The position numbers and the translations under genes are program-made. A DNA stretch of 63,751 bases, filler included, from Octopus bimaculoides (Eukaryota), in NCBI RefSeq assembly GCF_001194135.2. It is 7 parts of 6 records of this genome, joined end to end, with 100 filler letters (N's around TTAATTAATTAA, not from the genome) between each part and the next. Parts side by side here need not be neighbours in the genome. Positions count along the whole stretch, not along the records: positions 1 to 30,462 come from NC_068985.1; 6 more parts are not named here. One strand, written 5' to 3'. Numbering within the stretch: the first letter of the stretch is position 1; every line of letters begins with the position of its first letter. Of this stretch, positions 11,291 to 23,090 are shown piece after piece. The notes under the pieces are model-generated. The model was not told the DNA's origin and did not search any database. It saw only the letters and a program-made list of their open reading frames with translations.

Positions 11291-13200
11291 ATAATAATAA
11301 TGTGGGCTAACCACAAATTGCTATATCAGTTAACTTGTCTCAAGTCATAGCAGTATATCTCTCCTGGTATATAATTATTGCTGTTAGTCTTTGTAAAAGA
11401 CCAACTCAGAAAACACTATGTGCAGCAATAAATCTTCTGTTAATTGTTCATGAGTGTTGTTAGTTATGTTTTCATGCAACCCAAGAAATACATTTTCAAT
11501 CACCAGAAACAACAACAGCAGCTACCATGACTACCAATACAATATAACAACCTCACTCATGACATTTGCGACTCTTACAGTAAGAACAATGAATGATGAT
11601 GAAGGTCATATTAAGTCAAGTGCTTAAATGGCTACTCTGTTAACAATTGAGACATTGTCTTTACCAGAGATTTGAAGTGATATACAAAATGAAATGCCCA
11701 CCTCACCTGAGTGTGTGGATTGAGGAGCACATTGGATGTAACATGCCAATGATCTTATTGGTCATTCATGTTTAAGTTAAAAACTTGGTATCAGGATTAG
11801 CAGAAAGTGATCAGTGAAACTTCTGGTGATTAAAAGTGGTCAGTGAAACATTTTCTGGAGATTAAAAGCTAGTTTGAAAGGTTTAGAAATGCTTTAATTT
11901 ACACAATATGGAGTTTACTAGAGCTGATACAGAGGCTACTACTAATTATCCTGATGATTGCTCGAACAAGTGTACAATGTTAATGCAACTGAGCATTTCT
12001 TGGCACACATACTGACAAGGACTTTTATTTCTAATGAGGTGAAATCAGTATTATGCTTTAAAGTTTCTATAAAGAAATCCTCTGAAGCTTCTTGAGGGCA
12101 TAAATGCTGCTGGAGATATGGAATTAAAGCCCCCTACATGTGAGTCACTTCCAAAATTCAAAGACTTTCAAGGTCTACACTCAATTTAATGTCTCTGTGA
12201 TTTGACATTCAAATATGAACACTTGGATGATTATCGTCCATTTCTAAGACTGGCTTATAAACTATTTTTGCCATGTTGTAGAATGGTACAACGCCAGACA
12301 AAATGTTTCCAATCATGTATACTCCCTTTTAGTCAATGTGGAAAGTCACCCAGTGAATTAAAGTAATTTTTCTAATAACATGAGAATGATTCAAAACCGT
12401 ATTGCGAGGTAGCTGAGCAGACATCACGATCAAACTACAGTAGTTTCATGTGATCAGCTTTTTAAGCAACCAATCAGTGTTAAGCCATTGCATGATTTGA
12501 TATTCCAGAACTTTCTCATTGTGTCCTATGTAAAAGCAGTTTCTGATGGTAATCACAAAATGTTGAGACAGCTGCATGATGTCTCCATTCTCATTTTCAC
12601 ATCCAACTGATTAAGACAGATGGCAAATAATACCAGACAGGAAATTTCATTGCCATGAATATAGTGCAATTATTTTTCAGCTGTGATCAGCTAGCCACAG
12701 ATTGCTATATCAGTTAATTTGTTGTAAATTCCAGAAGTATGTTACTCTTGGTATGTAATCATTGCTGTTAGTATTTGTAAAAGATTAACACAAAAAACAT
12801 TAATCTTCTAATTTCTAATAACATGAGAATGGAATATTTTCTCAAGAACACAGCTTCTATGCTCTAATGAATGGACCAAACTGTTATAACTAACTACAAA
12901 ACATATTATCCAAGAACTTTGAAATAACTTATATAAGCAATTGATGGTGAGAGCAAGGGAAAGCATTTAGTTTAGAGACTCTCAGTAAAAGTTTAACATT
13001 ATGGATGCTGGGAAGAAGACAATGAAGTTGTAGAATGAAGTGAAACCATAGATTATGAATGGTATTTGGTAAGACATATAACTAAACTGTATTCATGACT
13101 TCATAGATGTTTTCATCATGTTCAGCAAAAGACTGACACTGGTAAATGTTGTAGGCTTTGAAAAAGTCATTGAAGATTATGTGGTTGACTTATTTTTTTA

Positions 13201-13500
13201 AAGCCTAGTACTTATTCTATCGGTGTCTTTTGCCGAACCACTAAGTTACAGGGACGTAAATACACCAACACCATTTGTCAAGTAGTGATGGAGGGATAAA
13301 AATAGACACAAAGAAACACTCACATAAATATATTATATATACATGACAGGCTTCTTTCAGTTTCCATCTACCAAATCCACTCACAAGGCTTTGGTAGGCC
13401 CAAGGTTATAGTAAGGAAACACTTGCCCAAGGTGCCATGCAGTGAGACTGAACCTGGAACAATGTGGTTAGGAAGCAAGCTTCTTACCACACAGCCACAT
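13201..13500 (-). mobile_element. SINE family B
   Basis: Collinear with other family B copies; head TGGCTGTGTGGTAAG at the right end. Confidence 0.85.
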
Positions 13501-13774
13501 AAACAAACATTTTTTTTTAGAGTAATTACTTCTAAACTCAAATACACTCCTACACAGATGAGACATCCTTCACCCTTCAATAACTTTATCTACATCGGTG
13601 TAATCCACGTGAAAGCTAGGCATTCTAGACTACAGTTAATGGTAAGTCAGCGTGATCTTTTCTTGCCTTTCAAAGATCACACCTACTCATTTAAGTATCA
13701 CACAGAGTCATTCAAATGTCACACCTGTTATTCAAATGACTACTTACATACCGGGGATCAACTCAATCAAGACT

Positions 13775-13852
13775 CTCAACAATACATACATATGTGCATA
13801 CATGCATACATACATACATGCATACATACATACATGCATACATACATACATA
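13775..13852. repeat. (CATA/CATG)n microsatellite
   Basis: Read directly. Confidence 0.9.
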
Positions 13853-14052
13853 TATGAAACTGTAAAAATCTGTTAAACTTTCCAGAAGTTTATCATTTAA
13901 GCACATATGAGCATGTCTAGAGATGCAACCACATCATGAGAATACATGCATGAAATAAAACATACAAATCTGCACATATACAATACAAAAGTACCCGGTG
14001 GATGTTGTTGAAATCCCAGTGAAGGAGTCTTGGATCTAAGTTAGAAACCACC

Positions 14053-14546
14053 TTACTCAGTAACACTTCTACTTCCACCCTGTTCACCATCACCTTTGTC
14101 TTCCCGAGGTTTACCTTCAAACCCTTGCTTTCAAATGCTTCCTTCCATTTCCAAAACTTCTCCCTCTATCCCTCCATCGTTTCACTCATCAGAACAAGAT
14201 CATCCATGTACAGTATCTCCATTATCAATCCCTCTCTTGCACTCTCCATCACCACATCAACCACTACTGCAAACAGCAATGGTGATAACACAGATCCCTG
14301 ATGCACACCAACTTTCACTGCAAACTCCTCTGACAGCTCTGATCCAACTCTAACTCTTGTCCTTACCCCCTCATACCCCTGGTATTGTCTTCACATCTCT
14401 CAGATACTTTCTGTTTTTCCTGCCAACCAAACACAAAGTCAATCTCTGTTTCATTCCCTCCTGCACTGAAAGTCACCTTCTTTTTCTCTGTTTTCCTAAA
14501 CCATGTGTTTGCCACACAAAACTCTTTCTCATCACAAAACTTCAAC
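14053..14546 (-). mobile_element. Internally deleted RTE LINE fragment (endonuclease C-terminus joined to RT C-terminus)
   Basis: Minus frames FCVANTWFRKTEKKKVTFSAGGNETEIDFV (APE domain), then VGVHQGSV, MEILYMDDLVL and FESKGLKVNLGKTKVMV (RT). Confidence 0.85.
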
Positions 14547-14660
14547 TGTAAAAATCTATAAAACTTTCCAGAAGTTTATCATTTAAATATACATGAACAT
14601 GATTAGATACGCAACGATATGCATGAGAATACATACATAAAACTAAACATACAAATCTGC

Positions 14661-14692
<32 letters not shown>

Positions 14693-14728
14693 GCATGTGC
14701 ATGCATGCATACATACTAACAAAAATAC

Positions 14729-14808
14729 CCTGTTGTTGATGTTGAAATTCCATTGAAGGAACTTTGGATCTAGGTTAGAAACCGGCTCTTTCTCTATTGG
14801 CAAGAAAT
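14729..14808 (-). other. Candidate 80-nt internal exon (product unidentified)
   Basis: Acceptor TTTTATTTCAAG, single open frame (D)FLPIEKEPVSNLDPKFLQWNFNINNR, donor AGG|GTATTT; diverged partial copy at 13995-14048. Confidence 0.35.
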
Positions 14809-15721
14809 CTTGAAATAAAACTGAACAATGACATACATACATACATATATACATACATACACCACCTCATATTTATGTTAAATCAAATAAAAACCCAAAT
14901 GCACACTGCCATGCAAATTCATAAAGACAGAGTTATTTACACACAGACACACCTCACATACAACTACAAAATAAAGCAATAAAAAAGCCATATACAACAA
15001 ATACAAATATAAAGACACATATATATATATGCATTGACATGTAACACTAACACAAATATAAAGATACACACATACATTGGTATACAGACACCTGTAGGCA
15101 GTCCTATACGCAGAGAGAAACACTAACTAGTGTCAGCATGAAAGTTAGTAAATTTACTATTATCTATAGTATTACAGATTGTTAGTACACATACTAACAT
15201 ATATATGTACACATAGCAACGTTAATATAAATACTCATTCAATATTATAATCATACACAAACTAACAAGAGATTTATATACATGTGCACACAAAAATACA
15301 TACTGATATATGCATATGCCTAGACTAACAAGCAGACAAATGCTGTGTCACCCTTTTCCTTTCATTCAAAATTATGGTCAATGTTGTAGAAAGTGATGTC
15401 TTTATTGCTGTATGTTATGTATGGTTACATAGCAAATAGCAAGAGCTATACTAAACAGCATCTATAAAAAACAACAATCATAAAATATAGTTACAGATAT
15501 AAAGAAAGATAGGCCAACAACTAGCTTGATTTGCCTTCTGTTGGGTAGGTAGGTAGGTACGTACGTACATATGAATATATATATATATATATATATANNN
15601 NNNNNNNNNNNNNNNNNNNNNNNNNNNNNNNNNNNNNNNNNNNNNNNNNNNNNNNNNNNNNNNNNNNNNNNNNNNNNNNNNNNNNNNNNNNNNNNNNNNN
15701 NNNNNNNNNNNNNNNNNNNNN

Positions 15722-15967
15722 NGAGAGAGATTGATAAAGAGTGAGATAAAGAGAGACAGATAAATAAACAGGTGGAGATAGATAGATAAACAGATAAATA
15801 GATAGCTAAACAGACAGACAAATAGATAGATAAAGAGTGAGATATAGAGAGATAGATAAATAGATAGCTAAACAGACAGACAAACAGATAGATAAAGAGT
15901 GAGATATAGAGAGATAGATAAATAGCTGGAGATAAATAGGTAGACAGATAGATAGATAGATAAATAG

Positions 15968-16001
<34 letters not shown>

Positions 16002-16050
16002 AGCGAGAGAGAGCGAGAGAGAGAGGGAGAGAGAGAAAGAGAGTGAGTAA
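15722..16050. repeat. GA/GATA compound microsatellite
   Basis: Read directly. Confidence 0.9.
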
Positions 16051-16659
16051 ATGTGCATGGTAGTATGTATCTATCAGATAATGGGAGAGAGTGAAACTAA
16101 ACTAAACTGGCAACCCCACCAAGCTAAACTGGCAACCCCACAAGTTATATTCCAATACTTACATAAATAAATCATTTAGGGAAGGGATACAAGCTAATAA
16201 GGCAGCAGCCCTGCTTTTCGTTTTTTTTTTTATTTATTTTTTTTTGCAAAAAGTTAACAGACAGAGACAAACTAGAATTGATTAAAATTGATACTTATTG
16301 ATTTCTAACACTGGCACAAGGGAGTCAATTTTAGGAATGGTACAGTAGATAAATTTGGCTCAGTGCTTTTCGACAATGGGACTTAACTTTAGAGTCATAA
16401 GAAAATTGTAACTATACACTGCACGGCAGTTTGTCCATTGCTCTAATGAATCTGTCATTGTAATTATTAAATTAGGTTAATGAGTCAAAGGTAACAAAAC
16501 ATTTAAAGAATAGAGAAAAAGGTGTCAACATATTAAATTCATGAAGCATTAAATATCTAAACTAAAAATAGATATGGGGGTGAGAATAAGAATAATATTA
16601 GTTGACTAATATTATCTTTTCATGAACATATACTGAACAAGGATCGTGAAGGATCTACC

Positions 16660-17320
16660 AATGGGGATATGCTAATCTTGTCTCCTTCAACAACAAAACA
16701 TAAATGCAACTCATATCAAGAAAAAACATCAGAGCACTATACTCCGTCTTGATCATAAACATTCAAGTAGACCCCTAACAATTGCCTTAATTGTTAGGTC
16801 TCACTATGACCAAGGATCTCTCCTAGCAGAAGTTCATCCTTAGCAAGTATTGCGTCTCAACAACTGGCCTTTCTTTGAGGGTTAGAAGATATGACAGTCC
16901 AAAACAATTACTGATATTCTTCAAAGCTCAGATAAGGTCCACAATACAGCATTGTTCTCACCCCTTGGAATGGTGCTGGTATTGCTGCACCCAGACATTG
17001 TAGACTGCATCTAGAGAAGGGCCACCCAGCTGATTGGCATGAAATCACTCACATACATGCTTTAGACTCTATCTCATACATTCACTGCTTCCACTTGTGA
17101 TCTTTTCCCCTGGTTGAGCTCATGTTACCTCTACTCAGGAATTTTTATTCCACTCACCTCTCCTCCTCCTCCTCCTCCTCTCATCACCCTTTCTGAGTCC
17201 AGCCTTCACACTAATCACTAATCCCAGGATACTGACACTCTAGAGTCCCTTCTCTGCTTATGTCTTTATCTCAGGCATTAACTTATGAAGGTTCAAGAGG
17301 AGCATTAATGACATCAATCA
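16660..17320 (+). mobile_element. Jockey/CR1-superfamily LINE 3' fragment (post-RT region)
   Basis: Broken frames LVSFNNKT, ASQQLAFL, RRYDSPKQLLIFFKAQIRSTIQHCSHPW and RFKRSINDI. Confidence 0.75.
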
Positions 17321-17654
17321 TTTCACCAGTCTTGGAGGGTCTTCAAAAAGCCATGGGCACTAATCCTTCCTCCCAATGCAGCAAGTGAAAATGATCCAAA
17401 ATACTGTGGATATATTTCTCCCTTCTTTTCTGACATCTTTAATGAAGTGCAGTTTCTATGTGGTTGCTAAAAAAGTTGTGAATGAATTACTTTGTAAATA
17501 TACAAAAGTGCACATCAGCTCTTTTGATATCAAGCTGCCTCAGACAGCTTTTGAGTTGCATGATTCATACATTTTCATTTTTATGTGATCGAGATTTTAA
17601 AAGTTTCCCTTAAAATTTCATGTTAATTTATGTTCCAACAGTAGCTTAATAATT

Positions 17655-17870
17655 CTATCTAATTTTGGCACAAGGCCAGCAATTTTGAGGAGAGGGGTTA
17701 GTTGGTTATATTAATGCCAGTACTTAACTGGTACTTATTTTATCAACCCCCAAAAGGATGAAAGGCAAAAACTGACCTGGGTGGAATTTGAAATCAGAAT
17801 GTATAGAGGAAGAAGAAATGCCACTAAACATTTTGTTTGGCTGCATTAATGATTCTGTCAGCTTACCACC
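17655..17870 (-). mobile_element. SINE family C, old copy
   Basis: TTGGCACAAGGCCAGCAATTTTG tail and AACTGGTACTTATTTTATC...AAAGGATGAAAGGCAAA body. Confidence 0.75.
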
Positions 17871-18961
17871 CTCACCAGCTTAATAATTACGAAGTTAATA
17901 TTAATAAATTTTTCATTATTTTAAAAATCAATCAACACAGAAGTAGTGTATTTCAATGGAAATATTGTAACAAAGGGTTAATGCAGAAAATAGAATTGTT
18001 TATAAATTACATAATTCAGAGACTTCACCTACAATAAAAAACACTAGGTCAGTTGGCTGTTAGGCAATTATTTCCAGTTTAGGCTTTTGATGCTCCAAAA
18101 TTAAACATACCAACAAGCCTATTGTTTATTATGAGAGAGAGAGAGGTAGCTATGAATTATTCAATTTATAAACAATTCATGTATAGACTTGATAAATATT
18201 GGAAATACATTAAATACGAAATGTCCTCTTAATGTGTAGAAAGGGTTCACACAACACAACAGTTGACATTGGTATAAAATCCTGCTGAGAACCAGTAAAA
18301 TATGAATCTATAATCCAGCGTAGCAGATTCCAGAGTTGGTAAAACTAATAAAAGATACAATGTGCGTAGATACAATGTGCTGAACTAATATGTACAACAT
18401 TGTTATCAAGAATAGCAATAGGTTGCTAACAGAAGATTTATCAGATTAAATCAGATCTTAAATAATAGTGCTACCATCATCATTTCATTCCTCCTCCTCC
18501 TCCTTCTATTTTCTATGTCTGCTTTTCTATGTAGGTATAGGTTGAACAGGTCATAATTCTCCAAGTTAGTTTTAGTTCAAAGGTACTGTCTTTCTCTACA
18601 TGTCTGAAATAGCCATTTTGCTAATGCATTATTTTTTCCATCACAGTCTCTACAGCTGGAAGCCATTCCTAATGCCAACTACTTTACACTTTAAATACAC
18701 TGTGTGCATTTTATTGGGTCATCAGCACTAGAGGAGGTGTCTTGACTCCAGTAAGACTAAGGATCCCCCTCTATGTTATCCCAATTCATTTGTTCACCAA
18801 AAAGGTCACTTTGTCAAAGGGCTTCCATGTGATGTCTCCATTTGTTCAGTTTCTTTAATTAGCACTAAACTGGAAGTGTAAAAGGGACATTTTCTATCAT
18901 GTCACTGTTAGTAAATTTTAAAGCTCTATCTTTTGAGCAGTGCACATGTGGCTAGGGACAA

Positions 18962-19131
18962 ACAGGACTGTGTGGTTGAGAAGTTTGCTTCTCAGCCACA
19001 TAGTCCCAGGTTCAGTTCCACTGTATGTCACTTAACATTTTGTCTTACCCAAGGGAGTGAATTTTACTGTAACCTTGGATCAACCAAAGTCTTATGAGTG
19101 GATTTGATAGATGGACACTGAAAGTATCCTG

Positions 19132-19177
<46 letters not shown>

Positions 19178-20626
19178 ATGTGCATAGGTGTTTGTGTTAG
19201 TGTCTCTTTGTCTTGACATCATGTGATAGTTGTAACCAAGCATTACCATCATACAAGCGGGTGTCCTTTGTTCCTAGTCTCCTATGAAAAGATGTCCAAC
19301 CTGAGGGTAATATTACTTTACTTGGAAACAGGTGAAGGTCGGTGTCAAGAAGGGCAAATGGTTGTAGAAAATCTACATCAATGAATTGTCTAAACCATAG
19401 TTTCCCAAAGTGGGCAATATCACCCACTGGTGGGCAATTTCAACTTACAGATGGGCAATGGGTGAATTTCTAGAAAATGATGGGCAATTTGAGATTTTGG
19501 TGGGCGATATGAACATTTTGTGAGTGACAATGAATTTTTATAAATTAAGTCTGCATTTATTGATATCTAGGCGTGCCTAGAATAAGAATGCACTTTTATC
19601 GATTTGACTATTTGCATTGTATTAAAAAACTGGTCTTGTTTATCAATCAAATATTTTTGTTGCAGTCATTGAGATGGTTGTCATGCGTGCTAAAAATAGC
19701 AGCCAAATAAGCCTAGGCCTTAAATCACACTCCACTACAAATTTTTGTTTTTGCCTAATCGTATGAAACCCCACGTATAGAATTCAGATTTGCAAACATT
19801 TTCTGAAAACTCCGAAAAATAAAAAAAGTTATGAGGGATTATATGTCATGCGTAATTCTGTGGTTTCATATCAAAACACAAGTGCTATTTTCAGGATGTT
19901 GACAAAATGTGCAGTCACACACAAAATGACAGCTTTGAAATTGTGTTTCTTGATTGGGTGAAAATGATCAAACTTCAAACTTTTATAACTTTTTAAAAAC
20001 ATTTTTCTGGAAAGGTATATTAATGTGCCAAATTCTAAAATTTTCCACAAACTTTAATTTTTGAAATGTTGGCATCCAAACAAACTTGATCCATATTTGT
20101 TCCAGTAAAGGCATGTCATCTGACTCTGCTCTATTGATTCCTTTTTCTCTTTGGGAATACCATACTACCTTTCTGACACCATCTGTAGAAATTTGTTTCC
20201 ACATTTTCACTTTATTGATGCCTCCAGTGAAGAAAATTTANNNNNNNNNNCCACATTTTCACTTTATTGATGCCTCCAGTGAAGAAAATTTACCAACAGT
20301 ACAGTAGTGATTATTTATCATTTGGATTTATTCCCTCTCCTCAGAACTCTCAGTTACCAATGTGCCTTCTTTGCCATCAAACATTGACCAGCGAAGCAAT
20401 GAAACCTTCACGCTCGAAGTATCAATTTGATGCAAAGCATTCTGACAAGAAGGACAAGCCGTTATCATTTGTGTTGGGGTGTCAGGGTTTTTTTTTTTTT
20501 CACACAGGTGGGCAATGGAGCATTTTTTGGTTGATAGGTGGGTGATATTGCAATATGGTGCAAACCCTTTGGGAAACACTGGTCTAAACTATGCAAGCAT
20601 GTAAAAGTTTAAATAAAAACGATAAT

Positions 20627-20657
<31 letters not shown>

Positions 20658-20660
20658 ATG
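18962..20660 (+). mobile_element. SINE family E (B-type head, GT microsatellite, RTE-type tail), split by a hAT insertion
   Basis: The tail ...GTCTAAAC|TATGCAAGCATG...(GAT)n resumes at 20590 after the hAT element. Confidence 0.7.
19396..20581 (+). mobile_element. Non-autonomous hAT (Buster/SPIN/Charlie group) element with a BED zinc-finger remnant
   Basis: 8-bp TSD GTCTAAAC at 19388-19395 and 20582-20589; TIRs CATAGTTTCCCAAAG and CTTTGGGAAACACTG; frame YSSDYLSFGFIPSPQNSQLPMCLLCHQTLTSEAMKPSR...KHSDKKDKPLSF. Confidence 0.92.
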
Positions 20661-20935
20661 ATCCTTACTGAAGAGGGAAAAAAGTGAGAAAAAAAAAATT
20701 TCAAGTTCAAATTGAACTACGAAAGGAGAACTGGAATTGTGTTAATATATATTTGATCTATATGAGTAACTCCAAAGTGTTTATAGATTCACATTTTTCC
20801 ATGTCCCTTTCCCCTTCAGCGATGATCTTCTCTGATGAATATTCTTAACACAGTTTTAACTAAGAAAACAAGTTTATATAAACATATATGGAGAGAGAGC
20901 GAGAGAGAGAGAGAGAGAGAGAGAAACATGTGTGA

Positions 20936-20969
<34 letters not shown>

Positions 20970-21540
20970 ACACACGTGTGTATTTGTGTGTCTCTCCTAA
21001 TTGCTCAACAATCAGTGTGGTTTGTTTCATCGCTGTAATTTAGTGGTTCAGCAAAGAGACCCACAGAATAAGTACCAGCTTTAAAATAAACACTAGTGTT
21101 GATTTGTTCAAATAACCCTGAGTGCTAACAAAATAGTGCTCCAGCATGGCTGCAGTCCAACAAGTGAAACACGTAAAAGAGTAAAGAGTAAATATGTAAA
21201 GAGTTAGCATCTACAACAAAGCTACCATAGTTACTATCTTTGTTTTCACCATGGCTACAATACTTATTATCTTTTTCACCATGTCTACCTAGAACAGTCA
21301 GCCAAGTCAGCAAGCCACATAGGAACACCGTACATTGCTGTAGGAAACAGCAGCCAAACCTTCCTTCAAATCATACTGCAAGAAAAATTTCTTTAATTCT
21401 GCTAGAAGTGTACGTGTGTGTATGTTCGGGCCTCCTTCTCTTGACATCACATAGTAATTGTAAACGAATGTCACTGCCATACAAGCAATGTCATTTGTTT
21501 CCAATATTCTGTGAAAACGTGTGGCCATGCGGAAATTTTT

Positions 21541-22490
21541 ATTTTAAAATCTAGTTTCAGCTCATGAGCTGTGGCCATGCTGGGGCACCGCCATTTGGTG
21601 TTGCTACACAATTTTACTTCACAAATTTTACTTCACGAATTTTACTTCAGGAATTGACATTTGGTGTATGAGAGAGTTTGATGCAGCTGCCCTCATCTGC
21701 ACCTCTTGCCACAAAGTTGGTTCATCTGAGACACTTGACAGGAAGAGGTCCAGCTTTATTTTGAAGATACCTACATCCACCCCATGCAGGTCTCTCAGGT
21801 CCTTTGGGAGGATATTGAAGAGCTGTGGACCTCTGAAGCCCAGGCTATTGCAGTATCTTGTTCTACATCTTGATGGCAAATTTGGAGTCCTTGGCACTAT
21901 GCAGTGGCGTCCAGTTCTAGTATTTGTGTTACCCTCAATGCCCCAAAGTTTGGGACAAGTCCTTCGAGGATNNNNNNNNNNNNNNNNNNNNNNNNNACAT
22001 TTGGTGTATGAGAGAGTTTGATGCAGCTGCCCTCATCTGCACCTCTTGCCACAAAGTTAGTTCATCTGAGACACTTGACAGGAAGAGGTCCAGCTTTATT
22101 TTGAAGATACCTACATCCACCCCATGCAGGTCTCTCAGGTCCTTTGGGAGGATATTGAAGAGCTGTGGACCTCTGAAGCCCAGGCTATTGCAGTATCTTG
22201 TTCTACATCTTGATGGCAAATTTGGAGTCCTTGGCACTATGCAGTGGCGTCCAGTTCTAGTATTTGTGTTACCCTCAATGCCCCAAAGTTTGGGACAAGT
22301 CCTTCGAGGATCTTCCAGATGTATATTATAACATATCTTTCTCACCTACGCTCCAAGAAATAAAGTCTTAATCACTTGAGTCTTTCCCAATAGCTTATAT
22401 GCTGCATAGAGGCTATCTTCTTCATGTAGCTTTGTTGGATTGCCTCAAGTGTAGCTTCATTGGATTACCTCAAGATTACCTTATTTGGTC
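21541..22490 (-). mobile_element. CR1-clade LINE 3' end (middle part duplicated across a gap)
   Basis: Minus frame ...NTRTGRHCIVP...RTRYCNSLGFRGPQLFNILPKDLRDL...FKIKLDLFLSSVSDEP...RAAASNSLIHQ, followed by a 3' UTR. Confidence 0.88.
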
Positions 22491-22589
22491 GACACATGTG
22501 AAGGCTGGTGATAGGAGAGGAATCTAGTTATAAAAAATCTGCCTACCCATACAAGCATGGAAAAATGAATGTTAAAATGATGATGATGG

Positions 22590-22760
22590 AATTAGTCAGT
22601 GTTTGACTGCTACTTCATTTTATCAACCTTTGAAAGGATGAAACATAATGTTGAGATCAAATCCCACTGATCGGTGGGATTTGATCTCAAAATTTAAAGG
22701 GTTGAAACATATACTGTAAAACATTTTTCTCTGACACTCTAATGATTCTGCCTGGATATA
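22590..22760 (-). mobile_element. SINE family C, old copy containing a perfect hairpin
   Basis: TACTTCATTTTATCAACC..AAAGGATGAAA body and GGATTTGATCTCA B-box-derived segment. Confidence 0.6.
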
Positions 22761-22765
22761 CAAGA

Positions 22766-23090
22766 AGGCACATGGCTAAGTGGTTAGGGTGTTCAGCTCA
22801 TGATTGTAAGGTTATGAGTTCAAGTCCTGGTATTGTCTTTGTCTTTGAGCAAGATACTTCATTTCACATTGCACAAGTCCATTCAGCTAGCAAAAATGAG
22901 TTGTGCTTGTAATTTAAAGGGTCAGTCTTGTCACATTCTATGTCATGCTGAATTTCCCTGAGAACTACATGAAAGGCATGCATGTCTGTGGAGTGCTCAG
23001 CCACTTGCATGTTAATTTCATGAACAAGCCGATGTGTTGATCAGATCAACTGGAACCCTTATCATCGTAACCGACAAGGTGCCAGTTTTT
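22766..23090 (+). mobile_element. SINE family A
   Basis: tRNA head TGGCTAAGTGG/GGTTATGAGTTCAAGTCC; body and tail collinear with 1066-1444. Confidence 0.85.

Noticed and set aside
16100-16145. Short tandem duplications (22 bp here; similar ones at 63375-63450)
   Set aside because: Two-copy slippage duplications without further structure
20199-20292. 42-bp direct repeat around a 10-N gap
   Set aside because: Exact overlap either side of a gap; an unmerged contig overlap, not a biological duplication
21657-22311. 315-bp tandem duplication of the CR1 fragment
   Set aside because: The copies flank an N gap and differ at one base that I can see; best explained as uncollapsed alleles or contig overlap
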